Origin: Thermomonas haemolytica
Lineage (GTDB): Bacteria > Pseudomonadota > Gammaproteobacteria > Xanthomonadales > Xanthomonadaceae
Assembly (NCBI RefSeq): GCF_004346265.1
Contig: NZ_SMAP01000004.1
Location: 134,056-174,055, forward strand
Length of the DNA: 40,000 bases
Direction of reading: 5' to 3'
The notes under the pieces were generated by a model. That model was given only the letters and a program-made list of their open reading frames with translations, was not told the DNA's origin and ran no database searches. Each line of letters opens with the position of its first letter. The first letter of the stretch is position 1. Positions 9,314 through 21,561 of this stretch are shown piece after piece. The translations under genes were made by a program, and so were the position numbers.

Positions 9314-10801
9314 ATGAGCAAGGAACTGTTGCTGGTCGTTGATGCGGTGGCTGCCGAGAAGGGCGTGCCGGAATCGGTGATCCTGGAGGCGATCGAGGCG
9401 GCGCTGGCGTCGGCGGCGAAGAAGCGGTATGTCGATCAGGACGTGCTGGTGCGCGTGCAGATCGATCCCAAGGACGGCAGCTACGAGACCTTCCGCCGCT
9501 GGGAAGTGGTGGCCGACGACGTGGTGATGGAATCGCCCGACCGCCAGATCCGCCTGATGGACGCCATCGAGGAAGCCGAAGGCGTGGAGGTCGGCGACTA
9601 CATCGAGGAACAGATCGAGAACCCCGAGTTCGGCCGGATCGCGGCGCAGGCCGCCAAGCAGGTGATCGTGCAGCGCGTGCGCGAGGCCGAGCGCCAGCAG
9701 GTGGTGGATGCGTGGAAGGACCGCGTGGGCGAGCTGGTGACCGGCGTGGTCAAGCGCGTGGAGCGTGGCAACGTGTACGTGGACCTGGGCGGCAACGCCG
9801 AGGCCATCATCCCCAAGGACAAGGGCATCCCGCGCGACGTGCTGCGCACCGGCGACCGCGTGCGCGGCTACCTGTACGACGTGCGCAGCGAGCCGCGCGG
9901 GCCGCAGCTGTTCATCAGCCGCGCCGCGCCGGAATTCATGATGGAGCTGTTCAAGCTCGAGGTGCCGGAAGTCGGCCAGGGCCTGGTCTCGATCATGGCC
10001 TGCGCGCGCGATCCCGGCGACCGCGCCAAGATCGCGGTGCTGGCGCACGACAACCGCACCGATCCGATCGGCGCCTGCATCGGCATGCGCGGCTCGCGCG
10101 TGCAGGCGGTGACCAACGAGCTCAACGGCGAGCGCGTGGACATCGTGCTGTGGAGCGACAACCCCGCCCAGTTCGTCATCAACGCGATGGCGCCGGCCGA
10201 GGTGCAGTCGATCATCGTCGACGAGGACAAGCACTCGATGGATATCGCGGTCGCCGAGGAAAACCTGGCCAAGGCGATCGGGCGCGGCGGCCAGAACGTG
10301 CGCCTGGCCAGCCGCCTGACCGGCTGGCAGCTCAACGTGATGACCGCCGACCAGGTGCAGGCCAAGTCCGAGGCCGAACAGGCCGCCGCCCGCCAGCTGT
10401 TCATGGACAAGCTGGAAGTGGACGAGGAGATCGCCGGCATCCTGGTCAGCGAGGGCTTTGGCACCGTGGAGGAAATCGCCTACGTGCCGGTGGCCGAGCT
10501 GCTGGCGGTGGAGGGCTTCGACGAGGACATCGTGGAGGAGCTGCGCTCGCGCGCCCGCGACGCCTTGCTGAACGAGGCGCTGGCCGCCGAGGAAACCCTG
10601 GAAGAGCACCAGCCGGCCGAAGACCTGCTCTCGCTGGAGGGCATGGACGAGGCCACCGCCTACGCGCTCGCCGAGCGCGGCGTGCGCACCCGCGAGGACC
10701 TGGCCGAAGCCGCCACCGACGAGATCGCGGACATCGACGGCCTGGGCGAGCAGCGCGCCGCCGCGCTGATCATGGAAGCGCGCAAGCACTGGTTCGAGTA
10801 A
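9314..10801 (+). CDS. nusA: Transcription termination/antitermination factor NusA
   Basis: 495-aa ORF with a canonical N-terminus (MSKELLLVVDAVAAEKGVPESVILEAIEAALASAAKKRY), S1 and KH regions (GIGMRGSRVQAVTNELNGERVDIV; AIGRGGQNVRLASRLTGWQLNV), and an acidic C-terminal repeat domain. Confidence 0.97.
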   Translation: MSKELLLVVDAVAAEKGVPESVILEAIEAALASAAKKRYVDQDVLVRVQIDPKDGSYETFRRWEVVADDVVMESPDRQIRLMDAIEEAEGVEVGDYIEEQIENPEFGRIAAQAAKQVIVQRVREAERQQVVDAWKDRVGELVTGVVKRVERGNVYVDLGGNAEAIIPKDKGIPRDVLRTGDRVRGYLYDVRSEPRGPQLFISRAAPEFMMELFKLEVPEVGQGLVSIMACARDPGDRAKIAVLAHDNRTDPIGACIGMRGSRVQAVTNELNGERVDIVLWSDNPAQFVINAMAPAEVQSIIVDEDKHSMDIAVAEENLAKAIGRGGQNVRLASRLTGWQLNVMTADQVQAKSEAEQAAARQLFMDKLEVDEEIAGILVSEGFGTVEEIAYVPVAELLAVEGFDEDIVEELRSRARDALLNEALAAEETLEEHQPAEDLLSLEGMDEATAYALAERGVRTREDLAEAATDEIADIDGLGEQRAAALIMEARKHWFE

Positions 10802-10900
10802 GCGGTGCCGGCCCGGGCGCCGGCAACCGGCGGGGCCTGCCCCGTCCTACAATCGCCACATCCGGCCGCCCGCGCGGCGGCCAATGACACCGGAAACCGA

Positions 10901-13498
10901 ATGTCGCAGCAAACCACCATCCGCAAGCTGGCCGAACTGGTGAATACCCCGGTCGAGAAACTGCTGGAACAGCTGGCCGAGGCCGGCATGAAGTTCAGCG
11001 GCCCCGACCAGGTCATCACCAGCGCCGAGAAACTCAAGCTGCACGGCTTCCTGCGCCGTGCGCACGGCAAGGCCGACAAGCCTGTCGACGAGGTCATCGC
11101 GCCGGGCAAGATCACCCTCAGCCGCAGCCGCAAGCAGGAGATCACCGTCGGCGGAAGCGGCAAGGCCGGACGTGGCGCCAGCACCGTCGAAGTGGTGACC
11201 CGCAAGAAGATCACGCTCAAGCCCGCGCAGGAACGCGCGCCAACGGCGCAGGAAACGCTGGACGCCGAGCGCCTGGACGCGCTGCGCAAGCTGGAGGAGT
11301 CGCGCGCGCGCAACCTTGCCGAGCAGCAGGCGCTGGCCGAGAAGGACCGCCGGCGCGCCGAGGAGCTGGCCGAGATCCGCCGCCGCGAGCAGGAGGAGGC
11401 CGAACGTGCCGCCGCCGAGGCCGCGGCCGCCGCCGAGGCGGCGCTGGAGGACGGCGGCAAGGCGAAGGCGCACGGCCATGGCCATCCGAAGCCGGCCGCG
11501 CCCGCGCGTGAAGCCGACAAGGGTGCCGCGCACAAACCCAAGCCGCACCGTGGCTCGCACGCGATGCAGGCGGGGGTCGAGGACGACGAGACCACCGCGC
11601 GCTTCGCCGGCCAGTTGCACCTGTCCGCGTCCGATCGCGCCCGCCGCAGCAGCGCCCCGCGCGGGCGCGCGAAGCCGGCCAAGCGCGGGCTCGACCAGTC
11701 GCGTACCGGCAGCGGCTTCAACAAGCCCACCGCCCCGGTGGTGCGCGAAGTGGCGATCGGAGATGCCATCACCGTCGCAGACCTCGCGCAGAAGCTCGCG
11801 ATGAAGGGCGGCGACGTGGTCAAGGCGCTGTTCAAGATGGGCGTGATGGCCACCATCACCCAGACCATCGACCATGACACCGCCGTGCTGGTCACCGAGG
11901 AACTCGGCCACAAGGCGGTGGCCGCGAACGCCAATGACGCGGAATCCGAGCTGCTGGCGCACGTCGAAGAGGTACAGGGCGAGAAGGTCCCGCGACCGCC
12001 GGTGGTCACCATCATGGGCCACGTCGACCACGGCAAGACCTCGCTGCTGGACTACATCCGCCGCACCAAGGTCGCCAGCGGCGAGGCCGGCGGCATCACC
12101 CAGCACATCGGTGCCTACCACGTCACCACCCCGAAGGGCGTGATCAGCTTCCTCGACACTCCCGGCCATGCGGCGTTCACCCAGATGCGCCAGCGCGGCG
12201 CCAGGCTCACCGACATCGTGGTGCTGGTGGTCGCGGCCGACGACGGCGTGATGCCGCAGACGGTGGAGGCGATCCAGCACGCGCGCGCGGCCAAGGTCCC
12301 GCTGATCGTGGCGATCAACAAGATCGACAAGTCCGACGCCGATCCGTCGCGGGTCAAGAACGACCTGCTGGCGCACGACGTGGTCGCCGAGGAGTTCGGC
12401 GGCGACGTGCAGATGGTGGAGCTGTCGGCCAAGACCGGCCTCGGCGTGGACGACCTGCTCGACGCGATCTCGCTGCAGGCCGAAGTGCTCGACCTGCGGG
12501 CGGTGTCGGAAGGCCGTGCCACCGGCGTGGTGATCGAGTCCGCGCTGGACAAGGGCCGTGGCCCGATCGCCACCGTGCTGGTGCAGCAGGGCCGCCTGGC
12601 CAAGGGCGACTACCTGGTGTGCGGCATCCAGTACGGCCGCGTGCGCGCGCTGTTCGACGAGAACGGCCGCCAGGTGCAGGACGCCGGCCCGTCGATCCCG
12701 GTGCAGATCCTCGGCCTGTCCGGCGTGCCGGAGGCGGGCGACGACTTCGTGGTGGTGGCCGACGAGCGCCTGGCCAAGGACGTGGCCCAGCAGCGCGATA
12801 CCAAGCGCCGCGAGCTGCGGCTGGTGGCCTCCGCGGGCAACCGCATGGAGGACATCATGGCGCAGATGGGCGAGGGCAGCACCCAGCAGACCCTCAACCT
12901 GGTGGTGAAGGCCGACGTGCACGGCACCATGCAGGCGCTGCGCGAGGCGCTGACCGGGCTGTCCAACGACCAGATCCGGATCAACGTGATCGGCTCCGGC
13001 GTGGGCGGCATCACCGAGTCCGACGCCCAGCTGGCGGTGACCTCCAAGGCCACCGTGATCGGCTTCAACGTGCGCGCCGACGCCTCCGCGCGCAAGGTGA
13101 TCGAGGGCAATGGCGTCGACCTGCGCTACTTCTCGATCATCTACGACGTGATCGACCAGGTGAAGCAGGTCGCGTCGAACGTGCTCGGCAAGGAAGTGCG
13201 CGAGGAGATCATCGGCATCGCCGAGGTCCGCGACGTGTTCCGCAGCTCCAAGTTCGGCGCGGTCGCCGGCTGCATGGTGGTCGAGGGCGTGGTCAAGAAG
13301 TCCAAGCCGATCCGCGTGCTGCGCGACAACACGGTCATCTTCGAGGGCGAGCTGGAATCGCTGCGCCGCTTCAAGGAGAACGTGGACGAGGTGCGCGTGA
13401 ACACCGAATGCGGCATCGGCGTGAAGGCGTACAACGACGTCAAGCCGGGCGACCAGATCGAGTGCTTCGAGCGCATCGAGGTGCAGCGCACGCTGTAA
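10901..13498 (+). CDS. infB: Translation initiation factor IF-2
   Basis: Starts at ATG 10901 ([30 protein letters not shown]). It has the G-domain motifs [17 protein letters not shown] and NKIDK. Confidence 0.97.
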   Translation: MSQQTTIRKLAELVNTPVEKLLEQLAEAGMKFSGPDQVITSAEKLKLHGFLRRAHGKADKPVDEVIAPGKITLSRSRKQEITVGGSGKAGRGASTVEVVTRKKITLKPAQERAPTAQETLDAERLDALRKLEESRARNLAEQQALAEKDRRRAEELAEIRRREQEEAERAAAEAAAAAEAALEDGGKAKAHGHGHPKPAAPAREADKGAAHKPKPHRGSHAMQAGVEDDETTARFAGQLHLSASDRARRSSAPRGRAKPAKRGLDQSRTGSGFNKPTAPVVREVAIGDAITVADLAQKLAMKGGDVVKALFKMGVMATITQTIDHDTAVLVTEELGHKAVAANANDAESELLAHVEEVQGEKVPRPPVVTIMGHVDHGKTSLLDYIRRTKVASGEAGGITQHIGAYHVTTPKGVISFLDTPGHAAFTQMRQRGARLTDIVVLVVAADDGVMPQTVEAIQHARAAKVPLIVAINKIDKSDADPSRVKNDLLAHDVVAEEFGGDVQMVELSAKTGLGVDDLLDAISLQAEVLDLRAVSEGRATGVVIESALDKGRGPIATVLVQQGRLAKGDYLVCGIQYGRVRALFDENGRQVQDAGPSIPVQILGLSGVPEAGDDFVVVADERLAKDVAQQRDTKRRELRLVASAGNRMEDIMAQMGEGSTQQTLNLVVKADVHGTMQALREALTGLSNDQIRINVIGSGVGGITESDAQLAVTSKATVIGFNVRADASARKVIEGNGVDLRYFSIIYDVIDQVKQVASNVLGKEVREEIIGIAEVRDVFRSSKFGAVAGCMVVEGVVKKSKPIRVLRDNTVIFEGELESLRRFKENVDEVRVNTECGIGVKAYNDVKPGDQIECFERIEVQRTL

Positions 13499-13514
13499 GG
13501 CGTGCGTCCCCGCC

Positions 13515-13886
13515 ATGGCGCAGAAATCCTTCCACCGTACCGACCGCGTCTCCGCCCAGCTCCGCCGCGAGCTGGGCACGCTGGTGCATGCCTTCGTGCG
13601 CGAGCACGGCCTGGCGTCGGCCAGCGTGTCCGACGTCGAGGTGACCCGCGACATGGCGCATGCCAAGGTGTTCGTCACCGTGCTCCAGCCCGAACGCGCG
13701 GCGGAGACGCTGAAGGCGCTGAAGGCGCTGGCGCCGGAGATCCGCTACCAGCTGGCGCACGCGGTGCGGATGCGGCACGTGCCCGAGCTGCATTTCCATT
13801 ACGACGAATCGGTCGATCGCGGCGAGCGCATCGACAACCTGTTGCGCGACCTGCCCGACGTCAACGGCAGTGGCGACGCCGACTGA
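13515..13886 (+). CDS. rbfA: Ribosome-binding factor A
   Basis: 123-aa ORF ([24 protein letters not shown]...) in the conserved position between infB and truB. Confidence 0.95.
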   Translation: MAQKSFHRTDRVSAQLRRELGTLVHAFVREHGLASASVSDVEVTRDMAHAKVFVTVLQPERAAETLKALKALAPEIRYQLAHAVRMRHVPELHFHYDESVDRGERIDNLLRDLPDVNGSGDAD

Positions 13887-14880
13887 CCCGCGCGAGCGCC
13901 GTCCGCGCACCGTGTTCCGCCGCCTGGACGGCATCCTGCTGCTGGACAAGCCGCAGGGGCTGTCGTCCAACCAGGCCCTGCAGCGCGTGCGCCACCTGTT
14001 CCGCGCCGAGAAGGGCGGGCACACCGGCAGCCTCGACCCGCTGGCCACCGGCTTGCTGCCGGTCTGCTTCGGGGAGGCCACCAAGATCGCCGGCGGCCTG
14101 CTGGGCGCGCGCAAGGCCTACGAGACCGTGGCCCGCCTCGGCATCACCACCGACACCGACGACGCCGAGGGCCAGGCCCTGCGCGAGCGCCCGGTGCCGG
14201 TGCTCACGATCGATGCCATCGATGCCGCCCTGCGCCGGCTGACCGGCCGCATCCGCCAGCGCCCGCCGATCTATTCCGCGCTCAAGCGTGGCGGCGAGCC
14301 GCTGTATGCCAAGGCGCGCCGCGGGGAGACGATCGCGGTGGAGGAGCGCGAGGTCGAGGTGCATGCCTTCGACCTGCTCAGCGCCGCCGATTTGCTGGAC
14401 GGCGGCGAGCCGCTGCTGCGCCTGAACGTGGAGTGCGGCTCCGGCACCTACGTGCGTAGCCTGGTCCGCGACCTCGGCGAACTGCTCGGCTGCGGCGCGC
14501 ACGTGGCCGAGCTGCGCCGGCTATGGGTGGACCCGTTCCGCGATCCGCGCATGTGGACGCTGGACGGCCTGGAGCAGCTGCGCGAGCACGCCGGCGAGCG
14601 CGTGCTGGATGCCTGCCTGCTGCCGATCGAGGCCGGCATGGCCTCCTGGCCCGAGGTGCGGGTGAACGCGGTGCAGGCACAGCGGCTGGGCCGCGGGCAG
14701 GGCCTGCGCGGGCCGTATCCGCCGCGTGGCCGGCAGGTGGCGATTCTGGACGAGCAGGGGCGCGGCCTGGGTCTGGGCGAGGTGGATGCCGAGGGCGGCC
14801 TGCGCCCGGTCCGGCTGTTTCGCTGGGCGGCCGTCGCCGGCGCGGCCGAGGCCCGCGCGGACGCCCCGCGTTGCCCGTGA
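13870..14880 (+). CDS. truB: tRNA pseudouridine(55) synthase TruB
   Basis: GTG start overlapping the rbfA end by 17 nt. Contains the motif [17 protein letters not shown]...[23 protein letters not shown] with the catalytic Asp. Confidence 0.95.
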   Translation: MATPTDPRERRPRTVFRRLDGILLLDKPQGLSSNQALQRVRHLFRAEKGGHTGSLDPLATGLLPVCFGEATKIAGGLLGARKAYETVARLGITTDTDDAEGQALRERPVPVLTIDAIDAALRRLTGRIRQRPPIYSALKRGGEPLYAKARRGETIAVEEREVEVHAFDLLSAADLLDGGEPLLRLNVECGSGTYVRSLVRDLGELLGCGAHVAELRRLWVDPFRDPRMWTLDGLEQLREHAGERVLDACLLPIEAGMASWPEVRVNAVQAQRLGRGQGLRGPYPPRGRQVAILDEQGRGLGLGEVDAEGGLRPVRLFRWAAVAGAAEARADAPRCP

Positions 14881-14900
14881 CCCCCGCCGCGGGCTATACT
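14871..14900 (+). promoter_or_regulatory. Candidate rpsO promoter (TTGCCC-N18-TATACT)
   Basis: TTGCCC at 14871-14876 and TATACT at 14895-14900 overlap the truB stop, the same position as the E. coli rpsO promoter. The call rests on pattern matching only. Confidence 0.3.
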
Positions 14901-15013
14901 CTCGCTGCTCTCAAGGGCACACCAACATCCTTTCCGCATCATCACGGCGAGCCGTGCGGTGCGGGCGAGCGTTTTCCGCCCGTTCCTGCCGGCCACGCGA
15001 CTACGAGGCAACC

Positions 15014-15274
15014 ATGTCCATCGATACCCAGAAAGTCATCAACGAACACAAGCGCGGCGACAACGACACCGGCTCGCCGGAAGTCCAGGTCGCCCTGCTC
15101 ACGGCGCGCATCGAGCAGCTGACCGAGCACTTCAAGACCCACAAGCAGGACCACCACAGCCGTCGTGGCCTGCTGATGATGGTCAACCGCCGCCGCAGCC
15201 TGCTCGACTACCTGCACCGCAAGGATGCAGAGCGCTACAAGGCGCTGATCGGCAAGCTCGGTCTGCGTCGCTGA
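15014..15274 (+). CDS. rpsO: 30S ribosomal protein S15
   Basis: 86 aa ([54 protein letters not shown]...), with GAGG 5 nt upstream of the ATG. Confidence 0.97.
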   Translation: MSIDTQKVINEHKRGDNDTGSPEVQVALLTARIEQLTEHFKTHKQDHHSRRGLLMMVNRRRSLLDYLHRKDAERYKALIGKLGLRR

Positions 15275-15284
15275 CCGACCCCCC

Positions 15285-15318
15285 ACCGCGGCGCAGGAAT
15301 GCGCCGCGGTTCGTTTGT
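15285..15318 (+). terminator. rpsO terminator / attenuator hairpin ahead of the pnp leader
   Basis: Perfect 10-bp stem accgcggcgc / gcgccgcggt with loop aggaat, followed by tcgtttgtg. Confidence 0.6.
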
Positions 15319-15432
15319 GCGGTACCCGTTCCACCCGCCGCGGCCTCGCCGCATTCCCGCATCGCCCGGGGCGATGCAGCGCAGCAAGCGGGGCTTGCCT
15401 GCGTCGACGTTCAAGACATCAAGGATTCCCAA

Positions 15433-17538
<2,106 letters not shown>

Positions 17539-17561
17539 TCGCCGCGTCCCGGCCGGACACG

Positions 17562-17588
17562 AAAAAGCGGGCCTTGCGCCCGCTTTTT
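17562..17588. terminator. Bidirectional intrinsic terminator between convergent pnp and the 3-HAO gene
   Basis: aaaaagcgggc-cttgc-gcccgcttttt: a GC stem flanked by an A-run and a T-run, so it reads as a terminator on both strands. Confidence 0.8.
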
Positions 17589-17637
17589 CGTTGCACGCCG
17601 TTTCCGGCTGCCTGGCCGTGCAGGCAGGGAACGGGGC

Positions 17638-18183
17638 TTATTCCGCCGGCTGCTCGTAGCGGCCCGGCCGCGGGTTGAGGGTGCCGCACTGCGCGCAGGT
17701 GCGCAGGTGGTCGTCGCGGTAGAAGCGCTCGAACACGCGCAGGAAATCCTGCTCGATGTCCACCAGGTGGAAGAACTCCTGGTAGAGCTTGTGGTTGCAG
17801 TTCACGCAGAACCACTGCAGCCCGTCGTTTTCATGTGGCAGGCGCTTGCGTTCGATCACCAGCCCGACAGAGTCCGGCATCCGCTGCGGCGAATGCGGCA
17901 CCCGCGGCGGCAGGTAGAACACCTCGCCGGCGCGGATCGGGATGTCGCGCACGCGGCCGCGTTCGCCGTCGAAGTCCTCCTGCACGCGCAGCACCATCTC
18001 GCCTTCCAGCTGGAAGAACCACTCCGGGCCTTCCTCGAAGTGGTAGTCGGTGCGCGCGTTCGGGCCGCCGACCACCATCACGATGAAATCCTCCTGCACG
18101 ATGCACTTGTTGCCCACGGGCGGCTTGAGCAGGTGGCGGTGTTCCTCGATCCAGGCGTGCAGGTTGAAGGCGGCGGGCAGCAT
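17638..18183 (-). CDS. 3-hydroxyanthranilate 3,4-dioxygenase (cupin)
   Basis: Starts at ATG 18183 ([29 protein letters not shown]...[22 protein letters not shown]...[16 protein letters not shown]). It ends in a C-terminal rubredoxin-like Cys cluster (CVNCNHK...CAQCG). The match is full length to the bacterial HAO family as I remember it. Confidence 0.9.
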   Translation of the reverse strand: MLPAAFNLHAWIEEHRHLLKPPVGNKCIVQEDFIVMVVGGPNARTDYHFEEGPEWFFQLEGEMVLRVQEDFDGERGRVRDIPIRAGEVFYLPPRVPHSPQRMPDSVGLVIERKRLPHENDGLQWFCVNCNHKLYQEFFHLVDIEQDFLRVFERFYRDDHLRTCAQCGTLNPRPGRYEQPAE

Positions 18184-18188
18184 GGCGT

Positions 18189-18614
18189 TCAGTCCTCGAG
18201 GCGGGCGATGCACTTGAGTTCGATGGCGATCGGCGTGGGCAGCGCGGTGATGCCCAGCGTGGTACGGCAGGGCGCCAGCGCGGGGTCGGGGAAATACTCG
18301 GCCCACACGGCGTTGTAGGCCGTGAAATCGCGCGCCATGTCGGTGAGATAGACCGTCACGTCCACCAGGTCTTCCCAGCGTGCGCCGCTGGCCTCCAGCA
18401 CCGCACGCACGTTGGCAAGCACCGCGTGCGTCTGCGCTTTTATGTCATAGGCGATGAGGCGCCCCTCGGCATCGTAGCGGTTGCCGGGAATGGCATCGGT
18501 GGCCGGATCGCGCGGGCCGATGCCGGAGAGGAACAGCAGGTTGCCCACCCGGCGCGCGTGCGGGTAGTGGCCCACCGCCTTCGGCGCCGCGCCGGCGTGG
18601 ATGCCGGTGTTCAC
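18189..18614 (-). CDS. RidA/YjgF-family enamine/imine deaminase (2-aminomuconate deaminase-like)
   Basis: 141 aa from GTG 18614 ([36 protein letters not shown]...[21 protein letters not shown]). The start overlaps the stop of the carbonic anhydrase gene (GTGA). The specific substrate is inferred from neighbours only. Confidence 0.8.
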   Translation of the reverse strand: MNTGIHAGAAPKAVGHYPHARRVGNLLFLSGIGPRDPATDAIPGNRYDAEGRLIAYDIKAQTHAVLANVRAVLEASGARWEDLVDVTVYLTDMARDFTAYNAVWAEYFPDPALAPCRTTLGITALPTPIAIELKCIARLED

Positions 18615-19276
18615 GCGCGGCCCCGGCGGCGCTGGCCGACCCCGGCGATCGCCGCGGCCTGCACCTGCTCCAGGGCTTCCGCGGAATCCACGTCCATGCC
18701 CAACTCGCGCACGCGGCCGTCGGCCAGGCTGTACACCCAGCCGTGCACGGCCAGCGGCTGGCCGCGCGCCCAGGCATCGGCGATCACCGTGGTCTGGCAC
18801 ACGTTCACCGCCTGCTCGATCGCGTTCAGCTCGCACAGCGCGTCGTGGCGTTCCTCCATGGGCAGGCTCTCCAGCAGCGCGGCGTGTTTTTGCGCGACAT
18901 CTGCCACGTGGCGGATCCAGTTGTCGGCCAGCCCCAGCCGGGTGCCGTGCAGCGCGGCGCCCACGCCGCCGCAGCCGTAATGGCCCACCACCAGGATGTG
19001 CTTGACCTTCAGCACATCCACCGAGAACTGCAGCACCGACAGGCAGTTGAGATCGGTATGCACGACCACGTTGGCGATGTTGCGATGGACGAACACCTCG
19101 CCCGGCAGCAGGTCCACCACCTGGTTGGCCGGCACCCGCGAGTCGGAGCAGCCGATCCACAGGTATTCGGGGGTCTGCTGGCGCGACAGGCGGTCGAAGA
19201 AGGTGGGGTCCTCGCGCGTCACGCGCGCGGCCCATTCGCGGTTGTTGCCCAGCAGGGTGTCGAGTTGGTTCTTCAT
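18611..19276 (-). CDS. can: Beta-class carbonic anhydrase
   Basis: 221 aa, closely collinear by eye with E. coli Can. The motifs CSDSRVP, HRNIANVV and VVGHYGCGGV are present. Confidence 0.92.
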   Translation of the reverse strand: MKNQLDTLLGNNREWAARVTREDPTFFDRLSRQQTPEYLWIGCSDSRVPANQVVDLLPGEVFVHRNIANVVVHTDLNCLSVLQFSVDVLKVKHILVVGHYGCGGVGAALHGTRLGLADNWIRHVADVAQKHAALLESLPMEERHDALCELNAIEQAVNVCQTTVIADAWARGQPLAVHGWVYSLADGRVRELGMDVDSAEALEQVQAAAIAGVGQRRRGRA

Positions 19277-19289
19277 CGGGATAGGCGGC

Positions 19290-20726
19290 TCAGGGAAGGA
19301 AAGTCAGGGCGATGCCCACGTTGCGCGGCTCGGTGAAGAACCGCATGGCCTCCAGCCCGCCCTCTCGGCCGAGGCCGGAGGCGCCGGTACCGCCGAAGGG
19401 CGTGCGCAGGTCGCGCAGCAGCCAGGTATTGATCCACACGATGCCGACCCGCAGCTGCGCGCCGAAGCGGTGTGCGCGGGCCAGGTCGCGCGTCCACACG
19501 CTGGCGGACAGGCCGTAGTCGGAGGCGTTGGCCAGCATCAGCGCGTCGTCGTCGGACTCGAAGGCTTGCAGCGTGACCACCGGGCCGAAGATCTCCTCGC
19601 GGTTGGTGGCGCAGTCCGGCCCCAGGCCTTCGATCACCGTGGGTGCGATGAACCAGCCCGCGCGCGCGATCGCCTCGCCGCCACACAGCACGCGGCCGCC
19701 CTCGGCGCGTGCGCGTGCGATCGCCGCCATCACCTTGTCGAAGTGGGCCTGCGACACCATCGGCCCCAGCTGCACGCCGTCCTCCAGCGGGCCGCCGATG
19801 CGCAGCGCGCGGGCGCGCGCGACGAAGGCATCGCGGAATTCGGGGTAGATCGCACGCTCGATGAGAATCCGCGAGCCGCACAGGCAGATCTGCCCGCTGT
19901 TCTGGAACGCGCTGCGCACCAGCGTATCGAGATGGGCGCGCCAGTCGCTGTCGGCGAACACCAGCGTGGCGTTCTTGCCGCCCAGCTCCAGCGACACCTT
20001 CTTCAGCTGCGGCCCGGCGATGCCGGCGATGCGGCGGCCCACCGCGGTGCTGCCGGTGAACGAGATCGCCTTGACCTGCGGGTGCGCCACCAGCGGCTCG
20101 CCGACCTCGGAGCCGAGACCGTGCACGATGTTGAGCACGCCCGGCGGCAGGCCGATCTCCAGCGCCAGCTCGCCCAGCAGCGTGGCGGTGGCGGGGGTGA
20201 TCTCCGATGGCTTGGCGACCACCGTGTTGCCGGCGGCCAGCGCCGGCGCGATCTTCCAGGTGAACAGGTACAGCGGCAGGTTCCACGGGCTGATGCAGCC
20301 CACCACGCCCAGCGGCAGGCGCAGGGTGTAGTTGAGGCCGGCCTCGCCGTGATGGGATTCGCTGGCGAACTGGGTGGCCGCATGCGCGAAGAAGCGCAGG
20401 TTGGAGATCGCGCGCGGGATCTCGACCTCGCGCGCCAGCGCCAGCGGCTTGCCGGCGTCGATCGCCTCGGCGCGGGCGAAGGCGTCCAGGCGTGCTTCCA
20501 GCGCGTCCGCCAGCCGTTCCAGATGGCGCGCGCGTTCGCTGTTGCGCAGGGCGGCCCAGCCGGGCGCGGCGGCCGAGGCGGCTTCGACCGCAGCCTCGAC
20601 GCTGGTAGCGTCGCCGGCGGCCACGTCCGCATACGGGTGCGCATGGGCGGGATCGAACACCGGCATCCAGCGCGTGCTGGTCGCTTCGCCGCAGGCGGCG
20701 CCGATCACGTGTCCGAAGCGTGGCAT
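19290..20726 (-). CDS. NAD(P)-dependent aldehyde dehydrogenase, (amino/hydroxy)muconate-semialdehyde dehydrogenase-like
   Basis: 478 aa with ALDH motifs (VGCISPWNLPL, SLELGGKNA) and the catalytic Cys context GQICLCGSR. The substrate assignment is inferred from adjacency to the 3-HAO and RidA-like genes. Confidence 0.85.
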   Translation of the reverse strand: MPRFGHVIGAACGEATSTRWMPVFDPAHAHPYADVAAGDATSVEAAVEAASAAAPGWAALRNSERARHLERLADALEARLDAFARAEAIDAGKPLALAREVEIPRAISNLRFFAHAATQFASESHHGEAGLNYTLRLPLGVVGCISPWNLPLYLFTWKIAPALAAGNTVVAKPSEITPATATLLGELALEIGLPPGVLNIVHGLGSEVGEPLVAHPQVKAISFTGSTAVGRRIAGIAGPQLKKVSLELGGKNATLVFADSDWRAHLDTLVRSAFQNSGQICLCGSRILIERAIYPEFRDAFVARARALRIGGPLEDGVQLGPMVSQAHFDKVMAAIARARAEGGRVLCGGEAIARAGWFIAPTVIEGLGPDCATNREEIFGPVVTLQAFESDDDALMLANASDYGLSASVWTRDLARAHRFGAQLRVGIVWINTWLLRDLRTPFGGTGASGLGREGGLEAMRFFTEPRNVGIALTFLP

Positions 20727-20735
20727 CCGCCAAGC

Positions 20736-21557
20736 TTACCAGCGGCGCGGCTGGCAGCGTGGGCACAGGAACAGCGGCCGCGATTGGCTGGCGATGCGTT
20801 CGAGCGGCGTGCCACAGCGCTCGCAGGGCGCGCCTTCGCGCTGGAACACGCGGAAACGGAACGCCTCGCCCTCGCGCGCGAGGTAGTCGGCGCGCATGCG
20901 GCGGGTGGGTTCGATGCCGCGGGTGGCATAGCTGCGGCGCGGGATCGCCAGCAGCGCCTCGGCCAGGCGCGCGGTCTGCGTCGCATCCAGGTCGCGCGGG
21001 CACAGGCTGGGATGCAGGCCCGCGTCGAACAGCACCTCCGCGCGCAGATAGTTGCCCATGCCGGCGAGGAAACCCTGGTCCAGCAGCAGCGCGCCCAACG
21101 CACGGCCGCGGAACGCGGGCGACTGCAGGCGCGCGGCCACGGTGGCGGCATCCAGCCTCGGGTCCAGCACGTCCGGGCCGAGCCGCTGCAGGAACGGGTG
21201 CGCTTCGATCTCGTCGCTGCACCAGAGTTCGACGTCGGAGGCGGAGTAGAGCAGGATCGATGCACGCGCGGTGTCGAGTGCGACACGCAGGCTACGCGCA
21301 GTGGCGGGGCGCTCGCCCGGGCCGACCACGTGCCACACCCCGTAGAGCTGGTTATGCGTGTACAGCGTCCAGCCGTTGTCGAACGCGGTCAGCAGCGCCT
21401 TGCCGCGTGGTGTGATCGACAGGATGCGGCTGCCCGGCAACGTGCGTTCGAAGCGCTTGAGCGCCGGGAATGCGAACTGCGCGCGCAGCAGCGGCTGCCC
21501 GACCACGGCGGCGGCCAGGCGGTCGGCGGCGCGGCGGATCTCGGGGCCTTCGGGCAT
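20736..21557 (-). CDS. nei: Endonuclease VIII (Fpg/Nei-family DNA glycosylase/AP lyase)
   Basis: Starts at ATG 21557 with the catalytic N-terminus MPEGPEI. It has an H2TH region and a C-terminal zinc finger (CERCGTPLERIASQSRPLFLCPRCQ). Confidence 0.9.
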   Translation of the reverse strand: MPEGPEIRRAADRLAAAVVGQPLLRAQFAFPALKRFERTLPGSRILSITPRGKALLTAFDNGWTLYTHNQLYGVWHVVGPGERPATARSLRVALDTARASILLYSASDVELWCSDEIEAHPFLQRLGPDVLDPRLDAATVAARLQSPAFRGRALGALLLDQGFLAGMGNYLRAEVLFDAGLHPSLCPRDLDATQTARLAEALLAIPRRSYATRGIEPTRRMRADYLAREGEAFRFRVFQREGAPCERCGTPLERIASQSRPLFLCPRCQPRRW

Positions 21558-21561
21558 GCGC

